Shown piece by piece: positions 1 through 7,921 of a stretch of 12,708 nucleotides of DNA; positions within the stretch are counted from its first letter, which is position 1; every line of letters starts with the position of its first letter. Source of the DNA: an uncultured bacterium. Its GTDB lineage: Bacteria > Krumholzibacteriota > Krumholzibacteriia > Krumholzibacteriales > Krumholzibacteriaceae. The position numbers and the translations under genes were made by a program. The stretch covers positions 1-12,708 of the forward strand of contig CBDUYR010000066.1 in the NCBI GenBank assembly GCA_965371515.1, written 5' to 3'. The notes under the pieces were generated by a model. The model searched no databases and was not told the DNA's origin. It saw nothing but the letters and a program-made list of their open reading frames with translations.

Positions 1-429
1 AAGGCCGCTCCGAAGCCGCCCGAAGCTCCCAGGATCAAGGGCAAGAAGCTTACCAGCAAGGAACTCGGGGCCGCGCGCAAGATAATACGGGCCGAGCGTA
101 AGCGCATAATCATGGAGCTCGGAAGGATCGAGGAGACGATAAGCGACGCCACCAAAGACAAAGAAGGCTCCAACCAGGCTTACTCGAACCACCTGGCGGA
201 TGTCGGCACCGACGAAATGGAGCAGGAGAAGAACTTTTACTACGCGAGCCAGGAAGGCCACTACCTCAGGGCGCTCGACGAGGCGCTCGAGAGGGTCGAG
301 CGCGGAATCTACGGCATCTGTGAGATCTGCACGCTCAGGATCGGGAACAAAAGACTCGAGGCCGTTCCATCCGCGAGACAGTGCATCAAGTGCAAAAGCG
401 AGTCGGAGAAGAACAACAGGAGGCGCTAA
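1..429 (+). CDS. DksA/TraR-family C4 zinc-finger transcription factor, 5'-truncated by the window edge
   Basis: The frame is open from base 1 (KAAPKPPEAPRIKGKKLTSKELGAARKIIRAERKRII, then MEL at 112), so the true start lies upstream. It has a coiled coil with tip SNHLADVGTDEME, then ALERVERGIYGI and a C-x2-C-x17-C-x2-C finger (CEIC...CIKC). Stop TAA at 427-429. Confidence 0.92.
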   Translation, partial: KAAPKPPEAPRIKGKKLTSKELGAARKIIRAERKRIIMELGRIEETISDATKDKEGSNQAYSNHLADVGTDEMEQEKNFYYASQEGHYLRALDEALERVERGIYGICEICTLRIGNKRLEAVPSARQCIKCKSESEKNNRRR

Positions 430-431
430 GC

Positions 432-926
432 GTGCTCTACTTCACCGTCGCCGCACTCGTTGTCATCCTGGACCAGGCGTCGAAGAGGCTGATCTGGGCC
501 GCATTCCAGGACACCGGGGGCACCGATCTCATCGACGGTGTCCTCCGCATCCGACTCAGCACCAACACCGGCGCAGTCATGGGGATTCTCTCCGGATCAC
601 GGCCGATCCTGATATCGGTTACGATCATATCGATCATTGCGCTCATCTATTTCGCGTACCGCATGCGGTACGCCCCCATGCTCAAGCGTGTCTGCCTCGG
701 CCTTGTACTGGGCGGAGCCTTCGGGAATCTCATCGACCGCATCTCAACTGGCAAGGTCATCGATTTCATTGACATGGGGATCGGCTCACTCCGCTGGCCG
801 ACCTATAACGTTGCCGACATAGCGGTTACGGTCGGCGCCGTTTTTCTTATCATCGGATTTGCGTTTCAGAAGGAACCGGTCCCGGAAGGGCCGCCCGACG
901 AAACATCGGTAGACCCGGCTCCCTGA
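432..926 (+). CDS. lspA: Lipoprotein signal peptidase II
   Basis: Motifs LDQASK, NTGA, GGAFGNLIDR, VIDFI and WPTYNVAD (both catalytic Asp present), with four hydrophobic segments. Start moved from the track's 381 to GTG at 432, which has AGGAGG (418-423) 8 nt upstream. Confidence 0.95.
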   Translation: MLYFTVAALVVILDQASKRLIWAAFQDTGGTDLIDGVLRIRLSTNTGAVMGILSGSRPILISVTIISIIALIYFAYRMRYAPMLKRVCLGLVLGGAFGNLIDRISTGKVIDFIDMGIGSLRWPTYNVADIAVTVGAVFLIIGFAFQKEPVPEGPPDETSVDPAP

Positions 927-947
927 GCGCCACGGCTGTATATCTGA

Positions 948-976
948 TTCCCCTGCATGATTCGTTGTACTATACT
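948..976 (+). promoter_or_regulatory. Possible sigma70-type promoter upstream of rluD
   Basis: TATACT at 971-976 in an AT-richer intergenic gap. The hexamer 17 nt upstream (TTCCCC) is a poor -35. Confidence 0.3.
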
Positions 977-1029
977 GTTCCACCTGTAGCGTTATCATCT
1001 CATTCAAATGCATGCGCGGCTTGGACGAT

Positions 1030-2007
1030 ATGAACGAACCCAGGATCTATACCTTCATCGTCGATGAGGAGGAATCCGGCGAGCGCCTCGATTCCTGGCT
1101 CGCCGAGCATGTTCCCGAGCTTTCGAGGTCGAGGATACAGAAGGCTCTGAAGGAGGGCGAGGTCCTCGTCGGCGGGTTGCCCGTGAGTAAGCCGTCGAGG
1201 AAGGTACGCGGCGGCGAGGCCGTCGAAATGCGCTTCAGCCCGCCGAAGCCGGTGGAGGTGCTCCCCGAGGATATCCCCCTCGACATCGTCTACGAAGACA
1301 AGGGCCTGCTCGTCGTGAACAAGGCAGCCGGCATGGTCGTCCACCCCGCGCCGGGCAACGAGACGGGAACAATGGTCAACGCCCTGCTCGCCCACTGCAT
1401 GGACCTCTCGGGAATAGGAGGCTACCTCAGGCCGGGCATCGTCCACAGGCTCGATGCGCAGACGACCGGGCTGCTCGTCGTCGCCAAGAGTGACGAGGTC
1501 CACATCGCCCTTAGCCGCCAGCTGATGGAAAGGGCCGTCACCCGGATCTATCAGGCCGTTGTGTGGGGCAGGATGCCTGCAGATGAGGGCGAGATCGACG
1601 CTCCGATAGGTCGCAGCAAATCCAACAGGAAAAGAATGGCCGTCGTCAGGGAGGGCGGCAGGGAGGCCGTGACGCATTACTCAGTCCTAGACACATTTCC
1701 GCCGCTGCAGTATATTAGATTACAGTTGGGGACGGGCAGGACTCACCAGATCAGGGTCCACCTGACTCATACGGGGCATCCTGTCCTCGGCGACCCCGAT
1801 TACGGGGGAAGGAAGGTCAGAAAAGGGAATCTCCCCAAGGAGGAGGCCGACCGGGCGGCAAAGGCGTTGAGTCTTATCGACCGGCAGGCGCTCCATGCGG
1901 GGAAGTTGTCATTTTTTCATCCCCTCCTCGAAAAGGAGATGACCTTCGAAGCGCCCCTTCCCGACGATTTCAGGGCCGTTCTTGAGGTCTGCACGGGGAA
2001 CCGATGA
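1030..2007 (+). CDS. rluD: RluA/RluD-family 23S rRNA pseudouridine synthase with N-terminal S4 domain
   Basis: S4-like RLDSWLA...SRSRIQ, then VVNKAAGMVVHP, catalytic RPGIVHRLDAQTTGLL, TGRTHQIRVH, GHPVLGD and RQALHA. Start is ATG 1030 or 1012 (uncertain). Confidence 0.95.
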   Translation: MNEPRIYTFIVDEEESGERLDSWLAEHVPELSRSRIQKALKEGEVLVGGLPVSKPSRKVRGGEAVEMRFSPPKPVEVLPEDIPLDIVYEDKGLLVVNKAAGMVVHPAPGNETGTMVNALLAHCMDLSGIGGYLRPGIVHRLDAQTTGLLVVAKSDEVHIALSRQLMERAVTRIYQAVVWGRMPADEGEIDAPIGRSKSNRKRMAVVREGGREAVTHYSVLDTFPPLQYIRLQLGTGRTHQIRVHLTHTGHPVLGDPDYGGRKVRKGNLPKEEADRAAKALSLIDRQALHAGKLSFFHPLLEKEMTFEAPLPDDFRAVLEVCTGNR

Positions 2008-2348
2008 AATACAAGGTGAGGGAAGAGGGTAACGTGACTGTCATCGACCTGTCCGGGAAGCTGATGGGCGGGTACGATGCGGACGTCTTCAGAGACCTGG
2101 TCCACGAACTGATCGGAAAGGGCAGGAAGAAGATCGTCGTAAATCTCGCCGGCATAAAGTGGATCAACAGTACCGGCATCGGGATCCTGATAACCGGATA
2201 CACGACGTTGAGGAAGAACAAGGGGGATCTCAAACTTCTCAACGTTTCGAAAAAGATAGAGAGCATCCTCTACGTAACGAAACTGAATCTGATCTTCGAG
2301 TGCTTCGAGGACGAGCACGAGGCAATAGGCAGTTATACGAAAGGATGA
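2004..2348 (+). CDS. STAS-domain anti-sigma factor antagonist (RsbV/SpoIIAA family)
   Basis: 114 aa with VIDLSGKL, IVVNLAGIKWINSTGIGIL (phospho-acceptor Ser motif) and GDLKLLNV. Start overlaps the rluD stop (ATGA at 2004-2007). Confidence 0.93.
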   Translation: MKYKVREEGNVTVIDLSGKLMGGYDADVFRDLVHELIGKGRKKIVVNLAGIKWINSTGIGILITGYTTLRKNKGDLKLLNVSKKIESILYVTKLNLIFECFEDEHEAIGSYTKG

Positions 2349-2385
2349 CCTGCGGGCGTCAGGAGAAGGAGGGAGATCGAGTCCG

Positions 2386-2829
2386 ATGGCCGAGGAAACA
2401 TTTGTAGTGGAATTCCCCAGCAGTTACAAATGGCTGAACATGATCGATCTCATGTGTGCCGAGATCACGGCGGGTATGGACTTCAGCAGAGACGCGCAGG
2501 ACGAGATCTCGATCTCCGTAATCGAGGCCTGCACCAATGCCCTTGAACACGGCAATAAATGCTGCCCCGACTGCGATGTCAGGGTGGTCTTCAGGAGGCT
2601 GGGAGACAAGATAGTAGTGGAAGTGACCGATTGCGGCGAAGGTTTCGATTTCACTGACTACCTGCAGCATATACCTGACCCTTCGGACATCCACAAGAAG
2701 CGCGGCAGGGGAATATTCATCATGAAAGCCATGATGGACACCCTGAAGTACGAAAAGGTCGAGAAGGGCGGGATGAAGGTCATCCTCAAGAAGATGACCG
2801 ACGGAGGCGGGGAAGAGGACGACGAATAA
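2386..2829 (+). CDS. Anti-sigma factor / Ser kinase, HATPase_c fold (RsbW/SpoIIAB family)
   Basis: N box EACTNALEHGN, G1 box VTDCGEGFD, G2 box RGRGIFIMKAMMD. Purine-rich RBS region upstream. Confidence 0.93.
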   Translation: MAEETFVVEFPSSYKWLNMIDLMCAEITAGMDFSRDAQDEISISVIEACTNALEHGNKCCPDCDVRVVFRRLGDKIVVEVTDCGEGFDFTDYLQHIPDPSDIHKKRGRGIFIMKAMMDTLKYEKVEKGGMKVILKKMTDGGGEEDDE

Positions 2830-2950
2830 GATGTCGCGATCCGCTTGCCGTCTTCAAGGAACAGGAACCAACCCTTCCGGACAGGCGTAATAAGATACAA
2901 GCGGATCACCCGGCGGTAATTGACCCCTGTGAACCTGTCGGAGCTGTAGA

Positions 2951-5212
2951 ATGGCCACCTCGACTTTACTTGCTTCTTTCTACTTCATCTGCGGAGCGGC
3001 GATCATATTCCTTGCCGTTCTGATCATGCGTTTCACATCGCGGGAAGTATCGACCTGGTCGACGGCCCTCGTGATGCTGTTTGCCGGCATCGGACCGATC
3101 CTCGGAGCAATCGGCGTCATAATCCAGAGAAATCTTCCCGAGGGCACTTACCTCTTCGAGAACCTCTTAGAAAGCTTCGATTACACATGGGAGTTCTTCT
3201 TCCCGGCGCTTCTGCTGATGGCCCTCGTCTATCCGAGGCCCTACGCAGTCTGGAAATATATCAGAAAGCTCGCATTCATCCTGTTCCTGCCGCACGTATT
3301 CCACCTGTTTATGGTTCTTTTCCTCCTCAACAGGGTCAATCCCGCGAGGCTCTTTAACTGGGTGGCCGATATCCCGGTACCCTCGAGCGCGCTGGCGATC
3401 TACACGAACAAGCTGTCGAAGTCGCTGAACGTCTTCTCCGAGCTCCTCTTCAAGGCGCACAATCAGCTCTTCTCGCTGGTCAACGTGATGTATGCCGTTC
3501 TCGCGATCATTCTCGTGGCAGTCGCTATGCGCAGGGACCTGACGCCAAGGCAGAGACGCCAGACCCAGATCATGCTCACAGGCCTTGGAATAGCGATCGT
3601 CACCTACTCGTTTGCCCGCGTCATACCGTACTTCATGGCGATGGGCATCGAAAGGGCCGGCGCGGCGGCGCTGGTCAACGCCTCGCTGATCATCGGCGGC
3701 GGCTCGATCGCCTACGTGATCCTCAAGTACCAGCTCCTCGACGTGCGGCTGATAGCGAGAAAGGGTCTCTTCTACGCGGTCACCGCCACTGTATTTGCCC
3801 TCTTCTACCTGGTCATCATCAAGCAGTTCACCGGATTCATACGGAGATATACGGGCACCGAGCTCGAATTCATAGAGACCCTGTTGATCGTCCTCTTTAT
3901 CATAGCCTTCCAGCCTGTCCTGATCCGCCTCGAGGAGTGGACCGAGAAGGCTCTGATGAGGGAGGAGAGCCCCAGGGTCAAGCTGAGAAATCTCAGCAAC
4001 GAACTCCTCACCTCCGTAGATGCCGAATCGATGAACGAGAGGATGAAGAAGGTCCTTTCCGAAGTCTTCCAGACCAACGACGTTGAGGTGATATTCCGCG
4101 ACGAGATCCTCGATCTCAAGGACGAGGACATATACGTCGAGAAGGTCCTCGAGCTTCTCGAACAGGTCAGCGAGCCTATCGGCCGGCTCGACTTCATGGA
4201 GGCGCTCGGCTTCATGCGTGTCAGAAGGGGGATATTCCGCCCCGGCAGGAAGCTGATCCGCGAGGCGGTCGACACACTTCCCGGCATCGTGAAGCACATG
4301 GCGAGCCACGAGCTGATAGTGCCCGTTATACACGACGGCGAATGTGTGGCGGTCATGCTTCTCGGCGAGAAGCGCGACGGCGGCAGGTACAGCATGCAGC
4401 AGCAGGCTATGATTTCGATGCTCTCGAACCAGGTCGCCTCGACGCTCTCGAGGATGGAGCTGCTCAAGGAAGTCGTCGAGAAGAAGGTCATGGAGGAGGA
4501 GCTGAACATCGCGAGGACGATCCAGCTCAACCTGCTTCCCTCCTCGCCGCCCGAGCTGGAAAACTACGAGGCGGCAGCGCTGAGCATTCCGAGCAAGCAG
4601 GTAGGGGGCGACTACTACGACTTTATCAAGAACGGGCGGTACCTGGCCTTCACCGTCGCCGATGTTTCAGGCAAGGGCGTCCCCGCGTCGCTACTGATGG
4701 CGTCGCTTCAGGCGAGCCTGCGCGCGATGAAGGACAGGATGACCGACCCGGTGGCCATTATCGGGGGCCTCAACGACGTAATGTGCGATATAACCTCTCC
4801 AGACAAGTTTGCAACGATGTTCTACGGGTGCGTCGACCTCGAGCGCCACGAGGTCGCCTACTCGAACGCGGGGCACTTCTTTCCCGTGGTCGTGAGAGAA
4901 GGCGGCAACGTGGAAGTGCTTGATTACAGCGGGCTTATCCTCGGTGTTAAGCCGGGCTTCCCCTACGAGACCCGCAAGACGAAGTTCCGGCCAGGCGACA
5001 TGATAGTTGTCACCACCGACGGCGTTACCGAGGCGGAGAACCGGGCCGGCGAGCTGTTTGGCGAGGAGCGCCTCCACCCGTTCCTGGCAGGCCTGTACGG
5101 CAGCAGCGCCGGTGATGTGAAAGACGCTATCGTCAATGAAGTAAACAGGTTCTCCCATCCGATCGGGGCGAACGACGATCTTACTATCCTTGTAGTAAAA
5201 AGGACCGAATAG
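2951..5212 (+). CDS. Polytopic membrane PP2C/SpoIIE-type Ser phosphatase (RsbU-like): multi-TM sensor, GAF-like region, PP2C domain
   Basis: About 325 N-terminal residues with roughly 9 hydrophobic helices. GAF-like LIVPVIHDGECVAVMLLG, linker EELNIARTIQLNLLP, and intact PP2C motifs VGGDYYD, ADVSGKG, NAGH, TTDGVTE and DDLT. Confidence 0.93.
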   Translation: MATSTLLASFYFICGAAIIFLAVLIMRFTSREVSTWSTALVMLFAGIGPILGAIGVIIQRNLPEGTYLFENLLESFDYTWEFFFPALLLMALVYPRPYAVWKYIRKLAFILFLPHVFHLFMVLFLLNRVNPARLFNWVADIPVPSSALAIYTNKLSKSLNVFSELLFKAHNQLFSLVNVMYAVLAIILVAVAMRRDLTPRQRRQTQIMLTGLGIAIVTYSFARVIPYFMAMGIERAGAAALVNASLIIGGGSIAYVILKYQLLDVRLIARKGLFYAVTATVFALFYLVIIKQFTGFIRRYTGTELEFIETLLIVLFIIAFQPVLIRLEEWTEKALMREESPRVKLRNLSNELLTSVDAESMNERMKKVLSEVFQTNDVEVIFRDEILDLKDEDIYVEKVLELLEQVSEPIGRLDFMEALGFMRVRRGIFRPGRKLIREAVDTLPGIVKHMASHELIVPVIHDGECVAVMLLGEKRDGGRYSMQQQAMISMLSNQVASTLSRMELLKEVVEKKVMEEELNIARTIQLNLLPSSPPELENYEAAALSIPSKQVGGDYYDFIKNGRYLAFTVADVSGKGVPASLLMASLQASLRAMKDRMTDPVAIIGGLNDVMCDITSPDKFATMFYGCVDLERHEVAYSNAGHFFPVVVREGGNVEVLDYSGLILGVKPGFPYETRKTKFRPGDMIVVTTDGVTEAENRAGELFGEERLHPFLAGLYGSSAGDVKDAIVNEVNRFSHPIGANDDLTILVVKRTE

Positions 5213-5213
5213 G

Positions 5214-5654
5214 ATGTCAGGCACGGGCGATGCATCAAACGTGGCGGGCAGAGTTCTCGCCATCGATCCGGGAACGAAACGGACCGGCCTCGCCATAAGC
5301 GACGAACTGGGGATAACCGCCCAGGGATTAGAGACTTACACCGGCTCATGGCAGGCGCTGATCGAACATGTAGGCCGCCTTGCCGGAGAATATGGTATAA
5401 TCAGTGTTGTGATAGGCCTGCCCCTCTCGATGAGCGGGGTGGAGCTCGAGGGAGCTCGACGCTCGAGAGAGCTGGCCGCCGCGATAGAAAAGGAATACGG
5501 AATCGAAGTCTTCCTCAGGGACGAGAGGATGACTAGCCTGGAGGCCGAAAGAGTCATGAAGCAGGAGGGCAGGATAAAGAACGCCGGAGATATCGACCGG
5601 CTCTCCGCCGTTCTGCTGCTCCAGTCATATATCGAGGAAAGGGGGGCGCGGTGA
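5214..5654 (+). CDS. ruvX: YqgF/RuvX RNase H-fold nuclease (putative pre-16S rRNA nuclease / Holliday junction resolvase)
   Basis: RVLAIDPGTKRTGLAISD, VIGLP, DERMTS and IDRLSAVLLLQSY. Begins 1 nt after the phosphatase stop. Alternative start GTG 5241. Confidence 0.94.
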   Translation: MSGTGDASNVAGRVLAIDPGTKRTGLAISDELGITAQGLETYTGSWQALIEHVGRLAGEYGIISVVIGLPLSMSGVELEGARRSRELAAAIEKEYGIEVFLRDERMTSLEAERVMKQEGRIKNAGDIDRLSAVLLLQSYIEERGAR

Positions 5655-6835
5655 AGATCGTCAGGCACATATCCATAACCATTGCGATGATCGCCGCGGT
5701 GCTCTTCCTTGCGGCGCTCCACTTCAGCGCTCTTTACTACAAGGACGGGGGCGACCTCGACTCGCCGAGGATAGAGGTCAAGGTCGCGCCGGGGATGACC
5801 TTCGGGCAGGTCCAGGACGCACTGGTCGAGAAGGGCATAGTGACCAATCCCCAGCTCTTCCGCTGGGCGGCCTATCTCACGAGGCGCGAGAACAACATAC
5901 AGACCGGCAGGTACCTCTTTCGTTACGGGGAGAGTATTTCCTGCATCATCCGCAAACTCACTCACGGAGAGGTCGAGTACACTCGTGTCGTGGTTCCCGA
6001 AGGCCTCTACATGAAGGAGCTCGCCTCGCTTCTCCAGGCGAAGGCCGTGGTCGACTCGATCGTCTTCATGGAGACGGCGACCGATTCGCAGTTTGTAACG
6101 GACCTCGGCATACTCGAGCCTACGCTCGAAGGGTACCTCTTCCCCGATACATACCTCTTCGACTGGCCGATAAGCCCCGAAGAGGTGGCAAAGAGGATGG
6201 TCTACCGGTTCCGTGAGATATACGGCATGTACGTTGCCAGGGGTGCCGACTCGATCGGGATGCACAAGACGCACGTCGTCACGCTGGCGTCGATAATACA
6301 GGCCGAGGCGATCTACGACTCGGAGATGCCGAGGATATCGGCCGTTTACCATAGCAGGATCAGGGCCGGGATGCGGCTCGAGGCCGATCCGACCGTGGCC
6401 TACGCCCTCGGAGGAGTGCGCAGAAGACTCTGGCTGAAGGATCTCAAGGTCAAGTCGCCTTACAACACCTACAGGGTGAAAGGCCTGCCGCCCGGTGCGA
6501 TCTGCAGCCCCGGACGGGCGGCCCTCGAAGCGGCGGTCAATCCGCTGACGGGGAGCAACGAGTATTACTTCGTCGCCGATGGTACGGGACGCCATCATTT
6601 CAGCAGGACGTACAACGAGCATCTGAAGGCAAAGCACCGGATCAGGTATGGAGCCGTGGTCCCCGAGATCAATAGCCGCCCCGATCCGTCCGTTAGCGAC
6701 GGCCCGGGGCCGGAAGCGGCCGACTCGCCCGACGGGATTTCTCCGAACCCTGAGGGAACGGAGAGCCGGGAGATGAAGGAACCGAAACCGGACTTGCCGA
6801 ATGACAGGCTGCCGACGGGTGTGGACGAGGGGTAG
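5651..6835 (+). CDS. mltG: Endolytic peptidoglycan transglycosylase (YceG family)
   Basis: N-terminal TM anchor, VVVPEG, LEGYLFPDTY, LASIIQAE (catalytic Glu), LEADPTV, SPYNTY, GLPPGAICSPG and YFVADGTGRHHFS. GTG start overlaps the ruvX stop (GTGA). Confidence 0.95.
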   Translation: MKIVRHISITIAMIAAVLFLAALHFSALYYKDGGDLDSPRIEVKVAPGMTFGQVQDALVEKGIVTNPQLFRWAAYLTRRENNIQTGRYLFRYGESISCIIRKLTHGEVEYTRVVVPEGLYMKELASLLQAKAVVDSIVFMETATDSQFVTDLGILEPTLEGYLFPDTYLFDWPISPEEVAKRMVYRFREIYGMYVARGADSIGMHKTHVVTLASIIQAEAIYDSEMPRISAVYHSRIRAGMRLEADPTVAYALGGVRRRLWLKDLKVKSPYNTYRVKGLPPGAICSPGRAALEAAVNPLTGSNEYYFVADGTGRHHFSRTYNEHLKAKHRIRYGAVVPEINSRPDPSVSDGPGPEAADSPDGISPNPEGTESREMKEPKPDLPNDRLPTGVDEG

Positions 6836-6847
6836 GAAGGACGAGGA

Positions 6848-7669
6848 GTGGCGGCAGACAAACTCGGAAAACTCAAGGATACAATCAGGGATTGCGGGAA
6901 GGCGGTCATCGCCTTCTCAGGCGGCGTCGACTCTACGCTACTTCTCAGCGTGGCCCACGAGGTGCTCGGCGATAATGTCATGGCCGTGACGGTCGTCTCG
7001 TCGTTCATGCCGAGACACGAGAAAAAGGAATCGTCCGAGATTGCCAATCTGATTGGAGCGAGACACGAGATCGTCGAGATAGACGAGAGCGACATCGTGG
7101 GCTTCACCGATAATCCGGCCGACAGGTGCTACATCTGCAAGAAGTTCCTTTTCTCGCAGGTGCTCGATATTGCCGGGAGCCAGGGCATTGCCTGTGTCAT
7201 GGACGCGACCAACGCCGACGACACAGGGGATTACCGGCCGGGGCTGAGGGCCCTGAGGGAGCTCGATGTCCGCAGCCCGTTGCTGGAAGCGGGACTGACC
7301 AAGGCCGAGATCAGGGAGTTCTCGAAGGAACGGAACCTCCCCAGCTGGGGCAAGCCTGCGATGGCCTGCCTCGCTACGCGTATCCCGTACGGCGAGAAGA
7401 TCACGAAGGAGAAACTGCGTCAGATAGACGAAGCGGAGGAATTTCTGCGATCACTCGGGTTCAGCAACTGCCGCGTTCGCCATCACGGGAAACTGGCGAG
7501 AATCGAAGTGTTGCCGAAGCGCATAGGGCAGCTCATGAAGCCGGCTCAGCGCCGCCGGGTGACGGAACATCTGCGGGCCCTCGGGTTTAAGTATATCACC
7601 GTGGACATAGAGGGCTACAGGATGGGGAGCCTCAACGAGGCGATTTGCGGCGAGGAAGGGAAATCCTGA
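6848..7669 (+). CDS. larE: LarE-family ATP-dependent sulfurtransferase (PP-loop; nickel-pincer cofactor pathway family)
   Basis: AFSGGVDS PP-loop, RCYICK, NADDTGDYRPG, ACLATRIPYG, RVRHHG, ARIEV and GYRMGSLN. GTG start with an AGGA/GAGG-rich upstream region. Confidence 0.92.
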   Translation: MAADKLGKLKDTIRDCGKAVIAFSGGVDSTLLLSVAHEVLGDNVMAVTVVSSFMPRHEKKESSEIANLIGARHEIVEIDESDIVGFTDNPADRCYICKKFLFSQVLDIAGSQGIACVMDATNADDTGDYRPGLRALRELDVRSPLLEAGLTKAEIREFSKERNLPSWGKPAMACLATRIPYGEKITKEKLRQIDEAEEFLRSLGFSNCRVRHHGKLARIEVLPKRIGQLMKPAQRRRVTEHLRALGFKYITVDIEGYRMGSLNEAICGEEGKS

Positions 7670-7677
7670 CGAATCGC

Positions 7678-7705
7678 TTGACTTAACGGTTTTTACGGAT
7701 ATTAT
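7678..7705 (+). promoter_or_regulatory. Sigma70-type promoter for the microprotein + tRNA-Val unit
   Basis: TTGACT (7678-7683), 16-nt spacer, TATTAT (7700-7705), in an AT-rich patch just after the larE stop. Confidence 0.6.
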
Positions 7706-7713
7706 TTCCAGTT

Positions 7714-7732
7714 ACCGGGCGGCAGGCCCGGT
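7714..7732 (+). other. GC-rich hairpin at the predicted transcript 5' end
   Basis: ACCGGGC (7714-7720) pairs with GCCCGGT (7726-7732) around a 5-nt loop. No U-tract follows, so it is not called a terminator. Confidence 0.45.
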
Positions 7733-7752
7733 CTGACGGAAAGGCTTCAGAA

Positions 7753-7908
7753 ATGGAAAAGATAAGAAAATTCAGGAAATGGATCCTCGGGGCGGCCCTC
7801 GTGTCGATAGTGATCGGCTACATCCTGCTCGGTCAGGGCTCCATCTCTGCCGCGCCCGCCCTGCTCGTTCTCGGGTACTGCATTCTCGTACCCGTCGCCC
7901 TCATATAG
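7753..7908 (+). CDS. 51-aa two-TM membrane microprotein, DUF3098-like (not in the ORF track)
   Basis: Hand translation: MEKIRKFRKWILGAALVSIVIGYILLGQGSISAAPALLVLGYCILVPVALI*. SD-like GGAAAGG at 7738-7744, GC-rich third positions, and a basic N-terminus followed by a hydrophobic hairpin. The DUF3098 resemblance (IG[FY]ILM/L...APxLxxxGY) is from memory. Confidence 0.85.
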   Translation: MEKIRKFRKWILGAALVSIVIGYILLGQGSISAAPALLVLGYCILVPVALI

Positions 7909-7921
7909 GCAGCCACTTCGT

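Noticed and set aside
381..431. Track start of lspA at 381
   Set aside because: It overlaps the zinc finger of the upstream gene. GTG 432 has a well-spaced AGGAGG and gives a normal LspA N-terminus.
2920..2952. TTGACC...TAGAAT as a promoter for the phosphatase
   Set aside because: The spacer is 21 nt and the -10 overlaps the start codon.
5442..5475. Repeated GAGCTCGA/GCTCGAG words in ruvX
   Set aside because: Short, irregular and in-frame within coding sequence; explained by codon choice for ELEGARRSRE.
200..7590. Long alternative-frame and antisense ORFs (e.g. 200-772, 1000-1677, 3167-4333, 3805-4530, 5336-6637, 7126-7590)
   Set aside because: They overlap genes with clear family motifs, have no motifs of their own, and are the shadow ORFs expected in GC-rich coding DNA.
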